A stretch of 64,000 nt of DNA from Deltaproteobacteria bacterium. Its GTDB lineage: Bacteria; Myxococcota_A; Polyangia; Polyangiales; Sandaracinaceae. The notes below the pieces were generated by a model, which saw only the letters and a list, made by a program, of their open reading frames with translations, was not told the DNA's origin and searched no databases. Positions 1 through 10,010 of this stretch are shown piece by piece. The DNA lies in contig JAFLCL010000003.1 of the NCBI GenBank assembly GCA_017303575.1, positions 9,093-73,092 on the forward strand. The letters are read 5' to 3'. The first letter of the stretch is position 1. Every line of letters starts with the position of its first letter. A program made the position numbers and the translations under genes.

Positions 1-372
1 CGTCGCTCTGCGAGCTCCGTGAACGTGGCGGACGAGGCCGCGCTCCTCGAAGAAGCCGCATCGGCCGTGGAAGCTGCGGTGGCGGCCGTGAAGAAGGAAG
101 AGGTCGAGGCGCAGAAGACGCTCATCGCGCGCGAGGATGCGGACGCGAAGTGGGCCACGGCGTTCACGTGCGCCGGTGATCTGTTGGCGACCGCCGCGAC
201 GGTCGCAGGCGTGAACGGCGTCGCAGAGCGCGTGAAGACCAACTGGCGCCGCCGCTCCGGGATCGCCGATCCGAAGAACGACACCGACGGCCCGCCCGAG
301 GACACGGGCGACCCGAACGACCCGAACAACCCGTACGCACCCGGTGGTCCGTTCGGACCGCCGAAGACGTGA
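1..372 (+). CDS. hypothetical protein, 3' part (frame open to window start)
   Basis: No stop in frame from nt 1. High GC3. Ala/Glu-rich helical segment followed by a Pro/Asp/Asn-rich tail. Stop TGA 370-372 overlaps the next start (GTGA). Confidence 0.5.
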   Translation, partial: RRSASSVNVADEAALLEEAASAVEAAVAAVKKEEVEAQKTLIAREDADAKWATAFTCAGDLLATAATVAGVNGVAERVKTNWRRRSGIADPKNDTDGPPEDTGDPNDPNNPYAPGGPFGPPKT

Positions 373-1127
373 ACGGCATGCTGCGCCTCCGCACGAACGT
401 CGGAGTCCGGTCCAGCAGCTACTCGCGACATCGCGGTGGCGTGTTCGCCCTGGGAATGGCTTGGACCTGGGCAGCCGGGCTCGTTGGGTGCTCTAGTGCC
501 GAGTGTGCTCCTGGACGCACGGTTGCGTGCGTCTGCTCTGGGGCAGTTCCGGGGCGGCGAGTTTGCATCGGTTCCCGCTTCTCAGAATGCATGTGTGCGT
601 CGTCCCCGACCGACGCTTCGTATCCTCCGGATGCCTTTCGTCCGGCGTCGGGCGACGCGTGTGCTGCCTGCTCGGCTGACCCCGACGCGGGGCTCGACGC
701 GGCGCACTCGTCGACCAGGTTCGCTGGCTACGTCGAACAGATTGGCCCCTTCCACTTCGGTGGAAGTCCCTACTGCGAGTACTTGGGATCGCTCATGCGC
801 GTCTCGTCGTACGCAGAAGTCGGAATGCCTTTCAGTCGGTTCGAAGTTCAGTATGAGTACGTCGAGGAGGGAATCGCGTGTCCGTTCCCACCTCTCGATC
901 CTAATCTTCATCGACTGGAGATGGCGTCGGCTGCGCAGTTTCCCGACGGCAGCATCCAGGTCTTGCTCTCGCAGAGTTCGGGAATGCCCGTGGTCGAAGC
1001 GGAATGGCTCGGCCGACGCGAGGCTGATGGCCACTTCGCGGGAGACCTCATTGTCCGCCGGCTCTTCACAGATCCTCCGCTGGACTGGACTGTGGGATAC
1101 ATCGTCAGTCTGTATCCGGCTCCCTAG
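369..1127 (+). CDS. putative lipoprotein with Cys-rich N-terminal module
   Basis: GTG 369 (ATG 378 is an alternative). Signal peptide with lipobox AAGLVGC. The C-x-PG..C-x-C..EC-x-CAS module after the lipobox is shared with the next gene. Confidence 0.6.
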   Translation: MNGMLRLRTNVGVRSSSYSRHRGGVFALGMAWTWAAGLVGCSSAECAPGRTVACVCSGAVPGRRVCIGSRFSECMCASSPTDASYPPDAFRPASGDACAACSADPDAGLDAAHSSTRFAGYVEQIGPFHFGGSPYCEYLGSLMRVSSYAEVGMPFSRFEVQYEYVEEGIACPFPPLDPNLHRLEMASAAQFPDGSIQVLLSQSSGMPVVEAEWLGRREADGHFAGDLIVRRLFTDPPLDWTVGYIVSLYPAP

Positions 1128-1175
1128 ACGAACCAGCAACCGTCTTTTGCGAGACCCGAACGGGAGACAAAGCCG

Positions 1176-2210
1176 ATGTGGAGAGATCTTTGGATCATCG
1201 CAGCGAGTTGCGTCCTGCTAGTCGGCTGCACGCCCTGCCGGCCGGGCGAGACGCTTGGCTGTTCCTGCGAGGACGGCTCCATCGGCTTTCAGATGTGCAG
1301 CGCCGACGGTAGGAGCTTCGATGAGTGCGTGTGCGCAAGTTGCGGCGACGGCGTTTGTTCCGGCGAGACTTGCTCGTCATGCTCGCGCGATTGTGGCGCG
1401 TGTACCCGTTGCGGCGACGGAGTTTGTTCGGCGGGCGAAAGCTGCAGCGGTTGCGCGACGGACTGCGGGTCTTGCCCAGGGCCGAGTTGCGGGGACGGTG
1501 TCTGCAGCAGCCCTGAAACATGTGCGAGCTGTTCGGGAGACTGTGGTCCGTGCGCCGGTCGCTGCGCGGGCCGCGCGCCGACGTCGCGGACTCCGTGTCG
1601 GACCGTCGACCCCTTCACCGTTACGGTGTCTGAGCGCCTCTATTCGTTCTGGGGTACCGAGCCGCGCTTCGTCTGCGAATATCTATCAGTAGAGGCGAGT
1701 CGGGTGATGACGGCTTGCGGTCAGGCACTGCCGCGGAACGCCTCCTACTGTCCGGGCGACGTGTCCATCTCGTACGACATTGACTATCTCAGGGAATTGC
1801 AGGCGCAAACGGGCGTTTTCTCCGCCGTCGCGTTCTACGCGCACGAGTGGGGACATCTCAATCAGCACGTGGCAGGGCTCTTGGGGAGCGGATCGACGAA
1901 GCCCATCGAGCTCCACGCCGACTGTCAGATGGGGGTCTTCATGGCGCATGAAGAGCTCGCTGGCTTGCTTGGCGGAATGGATGTGATGGGAACTTTCCAG
2001 CGGTTTTGTGTCCTCGGGGACCCTTCCGCTTCTCCGTGGTTCGCTCCCGGCGCACACGGCACCTGTTGTGAGAGGACGGAGGCGGTCCGACGCGGGTACA
2101 CGCGAGCTCGGTCCTTGCTGTCCACCGATGCCATCTGCGCCCCGCCGCTCCAGGTGCTCCTGAACGACATGTGCTCCGACATCCTCGTTGGCGGGATACC
2201 GGTTTGCTAA
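1176..2210 (+). CDS. Cys-rich lipoprotein with putative zinc metallopeptidase domain (HExxH)
   Basis: Lipobox LLVGC. Three tandem CGDGVCS-x-E-x-C-x2-C-x2-DCG-x-C repeats. HEWGH motif (AFYAHEWGHLNQH) in the C-terminal domain. Confidence 0.7.
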   Translation: MWRDLWIIAASCVLLVGCTPCRPGETLGCSCEDGSIGFQMCSADGRSFDECVCASCGDGVCSGETCSSCSRDCGACTRCGDGVCSAGESCSGCATDCGSCPGPSCGDGVCSSPETCASCSGDCGPCAGRCAGRAPTSRTPCRTVDPFTVTVSERLYSFWGTEPRFVCEYLSVEASRVMTACGQALPRNASYCPGDVSISYDIDYLRELQAQTGVFSAVAFYAHEWGHLNQHVAGLLGSGSTKPIELHADCQMGVFMAHEELAGLLGGMDVMGTFQRFCVLGDPSASPWFAPGAHGTCCERTEAVRRGYTRARSLLSTDAICAPPLQVLLNDMCSDILVGGIPVC

Positions 2211-2245
2211 CTTGGACGGCGACCGGGTGGCGACTGCCACGGTCG

Positions 2246-3692
<1,447 letters not shown>

Positions 3693-3939
3693 GCGGCCGA
3701 GGGTATCCGCCGGCCGCCTCGCCGCCACCGCCTCGGGAGATCGGGCGGCCCCCGGAGCGCGCGAAGCGCGCAGCAACAGAGCGCGTGCCACACGGTGCCG
3801 CTCGTGGGCCGAGAGTGTGTGGTGGATTGCGCACAGTGCCTCGTTGTCGCGCCTCCATCTCTCCGTTTTGGGGGGATTTCGAGGTGGCACGAACGCTGCG
3901 AAGGGCGGTGGCGGCGCGTCGGGCGCGCGGGAGGCCAGC

Positions 3940-5817
3940 ATGACGAGAGAGCACACGAGACGGATGAAGAAGGCGGGCAGGGCGGGCAGGATCACGGTCC
4001 TCGGGGGCGCGGTCCTCAGCGGTGCGTTCCTCGCGGCGTGCCCCACGCCGCCCGCGCCGGTCATCGATCCGGGGCCGGGCTTTCGGAGCGATCTCGCGAG
4101 CTCGTTGTCGCTCGATCCGCGCACGGACGAGGCGTCGACGAACCCGCGCCTCAACCTCCCGCCGATCACCGGCGGCACCCTGTACGTCACCGAGCGCAAC
4201 GCGCTCGTGGTCTCCGATCCGGATCGCGCTCGTGTGCTCGTGGTGGACCTCGTCACCCGTCGCGTGATGGGTGAGGTCAGCCTGCCGAACGGCGCGTTCC
4301 CGGCGCGCATCGCGGAGGACGCGGACGGCGGCGTGCACGTGGTGCTGCGCGGGCTCGGCGAGGTCGTGTCGTTCGATCCGCGTCATCCCGAGGGCGCCCA
4401 GCGCCACGAGGTCTGCGCCGCGCCGCGCGGCATCGGCTACGACGCCGAGGCCGACGTGCTCCGCGTGGGCTGCACCGACGGCTCGCTCGACACCCTCTCG
4501 ACCGACGGCACGCTCGTCTCTCGCGTGCAGCTCGGGGTCGACGACCTCCGCGACGTGCTCCCGATCGGCGGCCGCCTCTACGTGACGACCTTCCGCAGCG
4601 CGGAGATCCACACCTTCGATCGCGACCTCCAGCCCATCTCGAGCACCGCGCCCGAGACGCGCCCCGACAGCGCGTTCTTCGATGGCTCGACCGTGAACTT
4701 CCTCCCCGAGGTGGCGTGGCGCACCGTCGTCCACGGCTCGAGCCTCGTGATGGTCCACCAGCGCGGCGCCGAGCGCGTGAGCGCGGCCCCCACCACGCCC
4801 GCGTACTACGGCAACGGCTTCGGCTGCGGCTCGGGCGTCGTCGAGTCGGTCGTCACCACGTTCGAGGTCGACCCGCGCGATGGTGAGCTCCGGCCCGGTC
4901 AGCACTTCAGCGTGCAGAGCGCGACGCTGCCGGTCGACATCGGCGTCTCGCCGACGGGCGATGTCGTGATGGTCTCGGCGGCCGAGCAGGGCTCGATGCC
5001 CTCGGCGTATCGCGTCGATCCGGACGAGCTCGCGATGTACGCCTCGCCGCCGTGCGATCAGGCATGGACCGCGGTGCCCGAGCACCCGACCGGTGGCGCG
5101 ATCGCGGTGGCGTTCGGCCCCAACGGCGAGTCCATCCTCCAGATGCGCGACCCTGCGGCGCTCGTGATCGGCGGCACCACGATCCCGCTCGGGGGCGAGA
5201 GCCGCTTCGACTCGGGCCACGCGCTCTTCCACGGCAACGCGGGCCTGGGCCTGGCGTGCGCGTCGTGTCACCCCGAGGGCGGCGACGACGGTCGCGTCTG
5301 GGAGTTCCCGGGCTTCCCGCCGCTGCGCACGCCCGCCATGCACGGCGGCATCGCGAGCACCGCGCCGTTCCACTGGACCGGCGACATGCCCTCGATGAGC
5401 GCGCTGATGAACGAGGTCTTCGAGCGCCGCATGGGCGGCCCCACGATGCTCCAGCGTCACGAGGACGCGCTCGCGGGCTGGGTCGATCAGCTCCCGGGAT
5501 CGCCGCCGCGTGAGGGCCTCGACGCCGACGCCGTGGATCGCGGCGCGCGCCTCTTCTGGGGCGAGGCCGAGTGCGCGAGCTGCCACACGGGCGGCATGCT
5601 CACCGACAACCGCAGCTACGACGTGGGCACGAACGGCACGTTCCAGGTGCCCTCGCTGGTGGGCGTCTCGTACCGCCTGCCGGTCATGCACGACGGCTGC
5701 GCCGAGACCCTGCGCCAGCGCTTCGACCCGTCGTGCGGAGGCGACCGCCACGGGCGCACGAGCCACCTGAACGAGGGCCAGCTCGGCGACCTCGTGACCT
5801 ACCTCCAGACCCTCTAG
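3940..5817 (+). CDS. lipoprotein: beta-propeller domain fused to di-haem cytochrome c peroxidase/MauG-like domain
   Basis: ATG 3940. Lipobox FLAAC. Two CxxCH haem motifs (CASCHPEGG and CASCHTGGM) in a CCP-like context. The N-terminal half has YVTN-like propeller repeats. Confidence 0.85.
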   Translation: MTREHTRRMKKAGRAGRITVLGGAVLSGAFLAACPTPPAPVIDPGPGFRSDLASSLSLDPRTDEASTNPRLNLPPITGGTLYVTERNALVVSDPDRARVLVVDLVTRRVMGEVSLPNGAFPARIAEDADGGVHVVLRGLGEVVSFDPRHPEGAQRHEVCAAPRGIGYDAEADVLRVGCTDGSLDTLSTDGTLVSRVQLGVDDLRDVLPIGGRLYVTTFRSAEIHTFDRDLQPISSTAPETRPDSAFFDGSTVNFLPEVAWRTVVHGSSLVMVHQRGAERVSAAPTTPAYYGNGFGCGSGVVESVVTTFEVDPRDGELRPGQHFSVQSATLPVDIGVSPTGDVVMVSAAEQGSMPSAYRVDPDELAMYASPPCDQAWTAVPEHPTGGAIAVAFGPNGESILQMRDPAALVIGGTTIPLGGESRFDSGHALFHGNAGLGLACASCHPEGGDDGRVWEFPGFPPLRTPAMHGGIASTAPFHWTGDMPSMSALMNEVFERRMGGPTMLQRHEDALAGWVDQLPGSPPREGLDADAVDRGARLFWGEAECASCHTGGMLTDNRSYDVGTNGTFQVPSLVGVSYRLPVMHDGCAETLRQRFDPSCGGDRHGRTSHLNEGQLGDLVTYLQTL

Positions 5818-5838
5818 TCGCGCGGGCACGCCCCGCCT

Positions 5839-5900
5839 CCGGGGTCCGTCGACCCCGGGGCAAGGGCTCCGACGAGGCTGGGGTCGGTCGACCTCGTCGG
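5839..5900 (+). terminator. two GC-rich hairpins downstream of the peroxidase gene
   Basis: CCGGGGTC-cgtc-GACCCCGG (5839-5858) and CCGACGAGG-14 nt-CCTCGTCGG (5869-5900). No T-tract. Confidence 0.35.
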
Positions 5901-5989
5901 AAAACCTCAGGCAAAACGCAACATCCGCCCGCGCTCGGTCTTCGGACCGGGCGCGTCGCGCTTGGTACGTCCCGTGAAGAGTCGTGGGC

Positions 5990-6931
5990 ATGCGAAGCAC
6001 GCAGACCCCACGTCCCGAGCGCCTGGTCGGCTCCTTGTTGGTCTCCGTCGGACTGCTCGCCTGCTCGCCCTCCACGGGCGGCGGACGCACGACCCGGCCG
6101 GTGACCGAGGTCGGTGAGTTCGACGTCGCCGCGTACTGCGACCTCGCGGCGCGCGCCGACCTGGCCGCGCTGACGGGCAGCTCTGCCGTCGTCTGCGAGG
6201 TGCTCGCCGAGGGCGCGGACGAGGGCCTGCCGGCCTGCCGCATCCTCGTCGCGGACGCGAGCGGCGCCGTGAGCGAGACGGAGCTCGAGGGCGCGGTCGC
6301 GGCGCTCCGCACCTCCGACGGTCGCTTCGTGGTGCTGACCTCGGACGAGCGCCTCGTGCTGCACGATGGTCGCCGCGAGATCCGCGAGCTCGCGGCGTGG
6401 GCCGCCGAGCCGTCGCTCGACACGAGCGGTCGTACGGTGGCGTTCGTCGCCGCGCCGGAGGGCGTCGAGCACCCCGACCTGGGCGATCCGACGCGCCTCG
6501 TGAGCCTCGAGATCGCGAGCGGTCGGCTCACGATCCTGAGCGACGACGGCATGGCCTCGGCGCCCATCTTCGTGCCCGACGGCAGCGCGGTCCTCTACGT
6601 GACGAGCGCGAGCGGCGTCGCCTCCATCGCGCGCGTGTCGGTCTCCGGCGGTGCGCCGCAGGTGCTCACCAACGAGGGCCTCATCGACATGGGCCACGGC
6701 TTCGTTCCTCCGTACGAGGGCGAGCTCGCGTGGTCGGGCCAGACGCTCGTGTTCGCCGCGCGCTCGCGCGACGACCGCTCCGAGCTGTGGGCGCTCGACG
6801 TGACGACCGGCGATGCCTCGCGCGTCGGCGAGGGCACCCACCCCATGGCCACCGACACCGGCGCGATCGTCGTGCGCGACGAAGCCGCTGGCACCTGCCC
6901 CGTGACGCTCGACCTCGAGGTGACGCCATGA
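5990..6931 (+). CDS. TolB-like beta-propeller lipoprotein
   Basis: ATG 5990. Lipobox VGLLAC. Repeated P-x-F/W-S-PDG-like strands (APIFVPDGSAVLY, LAWSGQTLVF). Stop overlaps the next start (ATGA). Confidence 0.65.
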   Translation: MRSTQTPRPERLVGSLLVSVGLLACSPSTGGGRTTRPVTEVGEFDVAAYCDLAARADLAALTGSSAVVCEVLAEGADEGLPACRILVADASGAVSETELEGAVAALRTSDGRFVVLTSDERLVLHDGRREIRELAAWAAEPSLDTSGRTVAFVAAPEGVEHPDLGDPTRLVSLEIASGRLTILSDDGMASAPIFVPDGSAVLYVTSASGVASIARVSVSGGAPQVLTNEGLIDMGHGFVPPYEGELAWSGQTLVFAARSRDDRSELWALDVTTGDASRVGEGTHPMATDTGAIVVRDEAAGTCPVTLDLEVTP

Positions 6932-8319
6932 CGAAGACCTTCCTCACCACGCTCTTCGCCGCGCTCTTCGTCTTTCTCGCGCACGCTGGCGCCTCGGCGC
7001 AGCTGTCGAGCCCCATCGCGGGCGGCCGCGTGACCTCGCACTTCTCGCACACGTCGCGCGGGCGCACCGTCAACTACGCGTGCACGGCGATGTCGCGCAG
7101 CGGCCACCGCGGCACGGACTACGGCGTGCCGATCGGGACGACGATCAGCGCCGCGGCCGCGGGCACCGTCGGCTACGTGTCGGAGGGCTGCTCGAACCGC
7201 GGCAGCCTCTCGAGCCGCTGCGGCGGCGGCTTCGGCAACTACGTGACGATCAACCACGCCGACGGTCGCACCACCTACTACGCGCACATGACGCCTGGCT
7301 CGATCCGCGTCCGCGTGGGCCAGCGCGTGGAGTGCGGCACGGTGCTCGGTCAGTCGGGCAACAGCGGACGCTCGACGGGCCCGCACCTCCACTTCGAGAT
7401 CCGCGCGGGCGGCGGTCGCATCGATCCCTACGGCGGCGCGTGCAGCACGCAGTCCGCGCACCTCTGGAACAGCGGCGCGAGCGCGGCGCAGACCTGCTCC
7501 GCCATGCCGCGCATGGGCGACGACTCGACGTTCGTGCGCGCGGCGCTGCCCGACACGAGCGTGGTGCAGCCGGGCGAAGAGGTCACGCAGCGCTGGACGC
7601 TGCGCAACTCGGGCACGACGACGTGGTCGACGATGGGCGCGCACCGCCTCGAGCACGCGGGTGGTCCCACGCTCGAGGGCCTGCGTCGCATGGACGTGTC
7701 GGGCAACGTCGCGCCGAACGCGACCCACGAGTTCACTCTGACGGTGCGCGCGCCGTCGATGCCGGGCACCTACACCGCGCGCTACCGCATGATGAGCACG
7801 GCGAGCGCGAGCGGCTTCGGCACTGTCGTCACCATCAAGTTCCGGGTCGCGCGCGCACCTCGCTCGTGCAGCTCGATGACGCTCGGCCGCACGGTGCCCA
7901 ACGGCGAGTGCGTGCAGGTCGACTACGCCGCGTGCGGCGCCTCGAGCTGCAGCTGGTTCCGCTGCGCGGACGGCGCGTGGCAGTGCACCGGGGAAGCCGG
8001 CTGCGGCGGCGAGACGCACGAGAGCGCGCGCTGCGACAGGCCGACGGAGATGGAGTGCGCGAGCGCGGCCGAGCCGTGCACGAGCGTGGCGGAGTGCTGC
8101 GGCGGCCTCTTGTGCGCGAACGCGGCGAGCGGCGGTCGTCAGTGCTGCGCGGGCCCCGAGATGCCGTGCGAGAGCGACGGCGACTGCTGCGGCAACATGG
8201 CGTGCGGCGCCGGCGGCACGTGCGAGTGCGTGCCCGTCGGCAGCCCCGCCTCGAGCACGCTCGAGTGCTGCGGCAGCGCGTACCGCACGAGCCGCGGCGT
8301 CTGCGGCTACGACACCTGA
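6928..8319 (+). CDS. secreted M23 (LytM) peptidase with NBR1-like Ig domain and Cys-rich C-terminus
   Basis: Signal peptide ending AGASA/QL. HRGTDYGVP (HxxxD) and GNSGRSTGPHLHFEI (HxH) motifs. RWTLRNSGTTTW..GTYTARYRM Ig-like segment. About 30 Cys in the last 150 aa. Confidence 0.9.
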   Translation: MTKTFLTTLFAALFVFLAHAGASAQLSSPIAGGRVTSHFSHTSRGRTVNYACTAMSRSGHRGTDYGVPIGTTISAAAAGTVGYVSEGCSNRGSLSSRCGGGFGNYVTINHADGRTTYYAHMTPGSIRVRVGQRVECGTVLGQSGNSGRSTGPHLHFEIRAGGGRIDPYGGACSTQSAHLWNSGASAAQTCSAMPRMGDDSTFVRAALPDTSVVQPGEEVTQRWTLRNSGTTTWSTMGAHRLEHAGGPTLEGLRRMDVSGNVAPNATHEFTLTVRAPSMPGTYTARYRMMSTASASGFGTVVTIKFRVARAPRSCSSMTLGRTVPNGECVQVDYAACGASSCSWFRCADGAWQCTGEAGCGGETHESARCDRPTEMECASAAEPCTSVAECCGGLLCANAASGGRQCCAGPEMPCESDGDCCGNMACGAGGTCECVPVGSPASSTLECCGSAYRTSRGVCGYDT

Positions 8320-8330
8320 TCCGAGCCGCC

Positions 8331-8405
8331 GAAGCGGGGTCAGTCGAAGCGGGGTCGGTCGAAGCGGGGTCGGTCGAAGCGGGGTCGGTCGAACGCGGGG
8401 TCACT
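8331..8405. repeat. 15-bp direct tandem repeat, about 4.5 copies (GAAGCGGGGTCGGTC)
   Basis: Units at 8331, 8346, 8361 and 8376 (three are identical), plus a degenerate fifth at 8391. Lies in the intergenic region between convergent genes. Confidence 0.9.
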
Positions 8406-8446
8406 CCAAGGCCTCCTAAGCCCCGGAGAACACAGCGGAAAAAGAC

Positions 8447-8538
8447 GGACTTTGACGCGAGCCCGAACTCCCATGGAATTCGAAGGCCCCCCGAAAACCC
8501 AGGGAAAGTGGGCTCGCGTCAATGTCCCCGTTTTTCCC
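8447..8538 (+). terminator. long hairpin (18-bp arms, 1 mismatch, 45-nt loop) followed by a T5 run; terminator or small RNA
   Basis: GGACTTTGACGCGAGCCC (8447-8464) pairs with GGGCTCGCGTCAATGTCC (8510-8527), followed by CCGTTTTTCCC. Local GC is visibly lower than the flanks. Confidence 0.4.
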
Positions 8539-8648
8539 GAACGTTCTCGGAGGCTTGGACCCCCTTGCAGTGACCCCATCGCACTGAGCGGCTGCCCCGC
8601 ATCAGCGCGAGCCCCGCGCCCACCCACGCACCCACGCATGACGCGTGA

Positions 8649-10010
8649 TCACAGGAGGTTCCGCGCCTTGATCTCGAGGTAGCGGTTCACGGCGCCCACC
8701 GCGAGCTCGCCGGGCGGTGCTTCGACCAAGCTCACGCCGCCCTTGCGGAGGTGCGCCTTCACCGCCGCGCGATCGGCGAGCAGGTCGGCCGCGGCCGCCC
8801 GTCGGTAGGCGTCGTCGTCGTTCTTCGCGACCTTCTGCGCGAGCGCCTCGGCGACCTCGTCCTCCATCGTCACGCACACCGGCAGGTGCTTGCGACGCAG
8901 CATCGAGAGGTGCTCGGCGAGCGGCAGCGCGTGCGTGTCGTCGAGCAGATCCGAGAACATCACGATCAGCGATCGACGCGGCACCCGGATCTTGATGAAC
9001 TCGGCGAAGCGCCGGAAGTCCACGTACGCCATCGTCGCCTCGACGGCGTAGAGCGCCTCGAGGATCGCGCGGTACTGCGCAGGCCCGCGGTTGGCCGGGA
9101 CGAACGCCTTCACGTCCTCCGCGAACACGATCAGGCCCACCCGATCGCCGTGACGCAGCGCCACCCACGCGAGCAAGAGCGCGGCGTTGATCGCGTGATC
9201 GAGCTTGGTCACCACCTGCTCGCGCGGCGCCTCGCTCCCCACCGCCGCACGCGTCGCGCGCACGCCGCTCTTGATCGCCATCAGGCGTCCCGCGTCGATC
9301 GCGAGCAGCACGTTCTGGCTGCGCTCTTCCCGCAGCACGCGTGTGATCGGTCGTGCGCGCTTGCCGCTCGACTTCCAGTCGAGGTCGCGGAAGGCATCCC
9401 CCGCCACGTACTCGCGCAGCTGATCGAACTCGCCGCCGCCGCCGCTCTTGCGCACGTTGCGAAAGCCCATCGTGCGGAGGTCGCCGAGCTTCGAGGCCAT
9501 CTCGTAGCGGCGCGGCCCGAGCACGTTCGGATACACGCGCGTCGGCTCGGCCGCGGCGACGTCGACGATGCGCGCGCCGAGGCCCATCGCGCCCTCGAGG
9601 CGCAGGTGCAGATCGCCGAACGCGTACTGACCGCGCTTGGGCGGGGTGACCGTGTACGTCACCTCGCGACGCGCATGAGGCGGAAGCTCGATCGCGAGCT
9701 CGTCGGGCTCCGCGACCCAGCCCTCCGGGACGTCGTCCCGCACGACCACGCGCATCAGCGACTTCGTCGGGTTGTGGAGGCGCACGGTCACGCGGTTCGC
9801 GGTCCCCACGACGAGGCGCGCGTCGACGTCGCGCTCTGCGGTGGGCACGCGCGAGCCCAGCGACCGGCTCTCGATCAACGCACCGAGCACCACGGCCGCG
9901 TCCCACGCCGCGACACCGGCGAGCCCCACCTCACCGGCGAGCGCGAACGGCGCGCCGACCGCCGCGAGCGCGGCGAGACGTCGACCGGGGACGAAGCGAC
10001 CGTGGCTCAA
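8649..10010 (-). CDS. DUF58 family protein (vWA-like, MoxR partner)
   Basis: [52 protein letters not shown] is the classic DUF58 core. Two N-terminal TM helices. TTG 10010 overlaps the moxR stop (TTGA). ATG 10106 is an alternative start. Confidence 0.85.
   Translation of the reverse strand: MSHGRFVPGRRLAALAAVGAPFALAGEVGLAGVAAWDAAVVLGALIESRSLGSRVPTAERDVDARLVVGTANRVTVRLHNPTKSLMRVVVRDDVPEGWVAEPDELAIELPPHARREVTYTVTPPKRGQYAFGDLHLRLEGAMGLGARIVDVAAAEPTRVYPNVLGPRRYEMASKLGDLRTMGFRNVRKSGGGGEFDQLREYVAGDAFRDLDWKSSGKRARPITRVLREERSQNVLLAIDAGRLMAIKSGVRATRAAVGSEAPREQVVTKLDHAINAALLLAWVALRHGDRVGLIVFAEDVKAFVPANRGPAQYRAILEALYAVEATMAYVDFRRFAEFIKIRVPRRSLIVMFSDLLDDTHALPLAEHLSMLRRKHLPVCVTMEDEVAEALAQKVAKNDDDAYRRAAAADLLADRAAVKAHLRKGGVSLVEAPPGELAVGAVNRYLEIKARNLL

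Noticed and set aside
8331-8405. Possible CRISPR array
   Set aside because: The 15-bp units are directly adjacent with no spacers, far shorter than CRISPR repeats. The window has no cas genes. It is a simple tandem repeat.
8452-8682. 76-aa ORF in the convergent intergenic region
   Set aside because: Third-position GC bias is poor compared with neighbouring genes and there is no Shine-Dalgarno sequence. The ORF overlaps the hairpin/T-run structure and the 3' end of the DUF58 gene, so non-coding is more likely.
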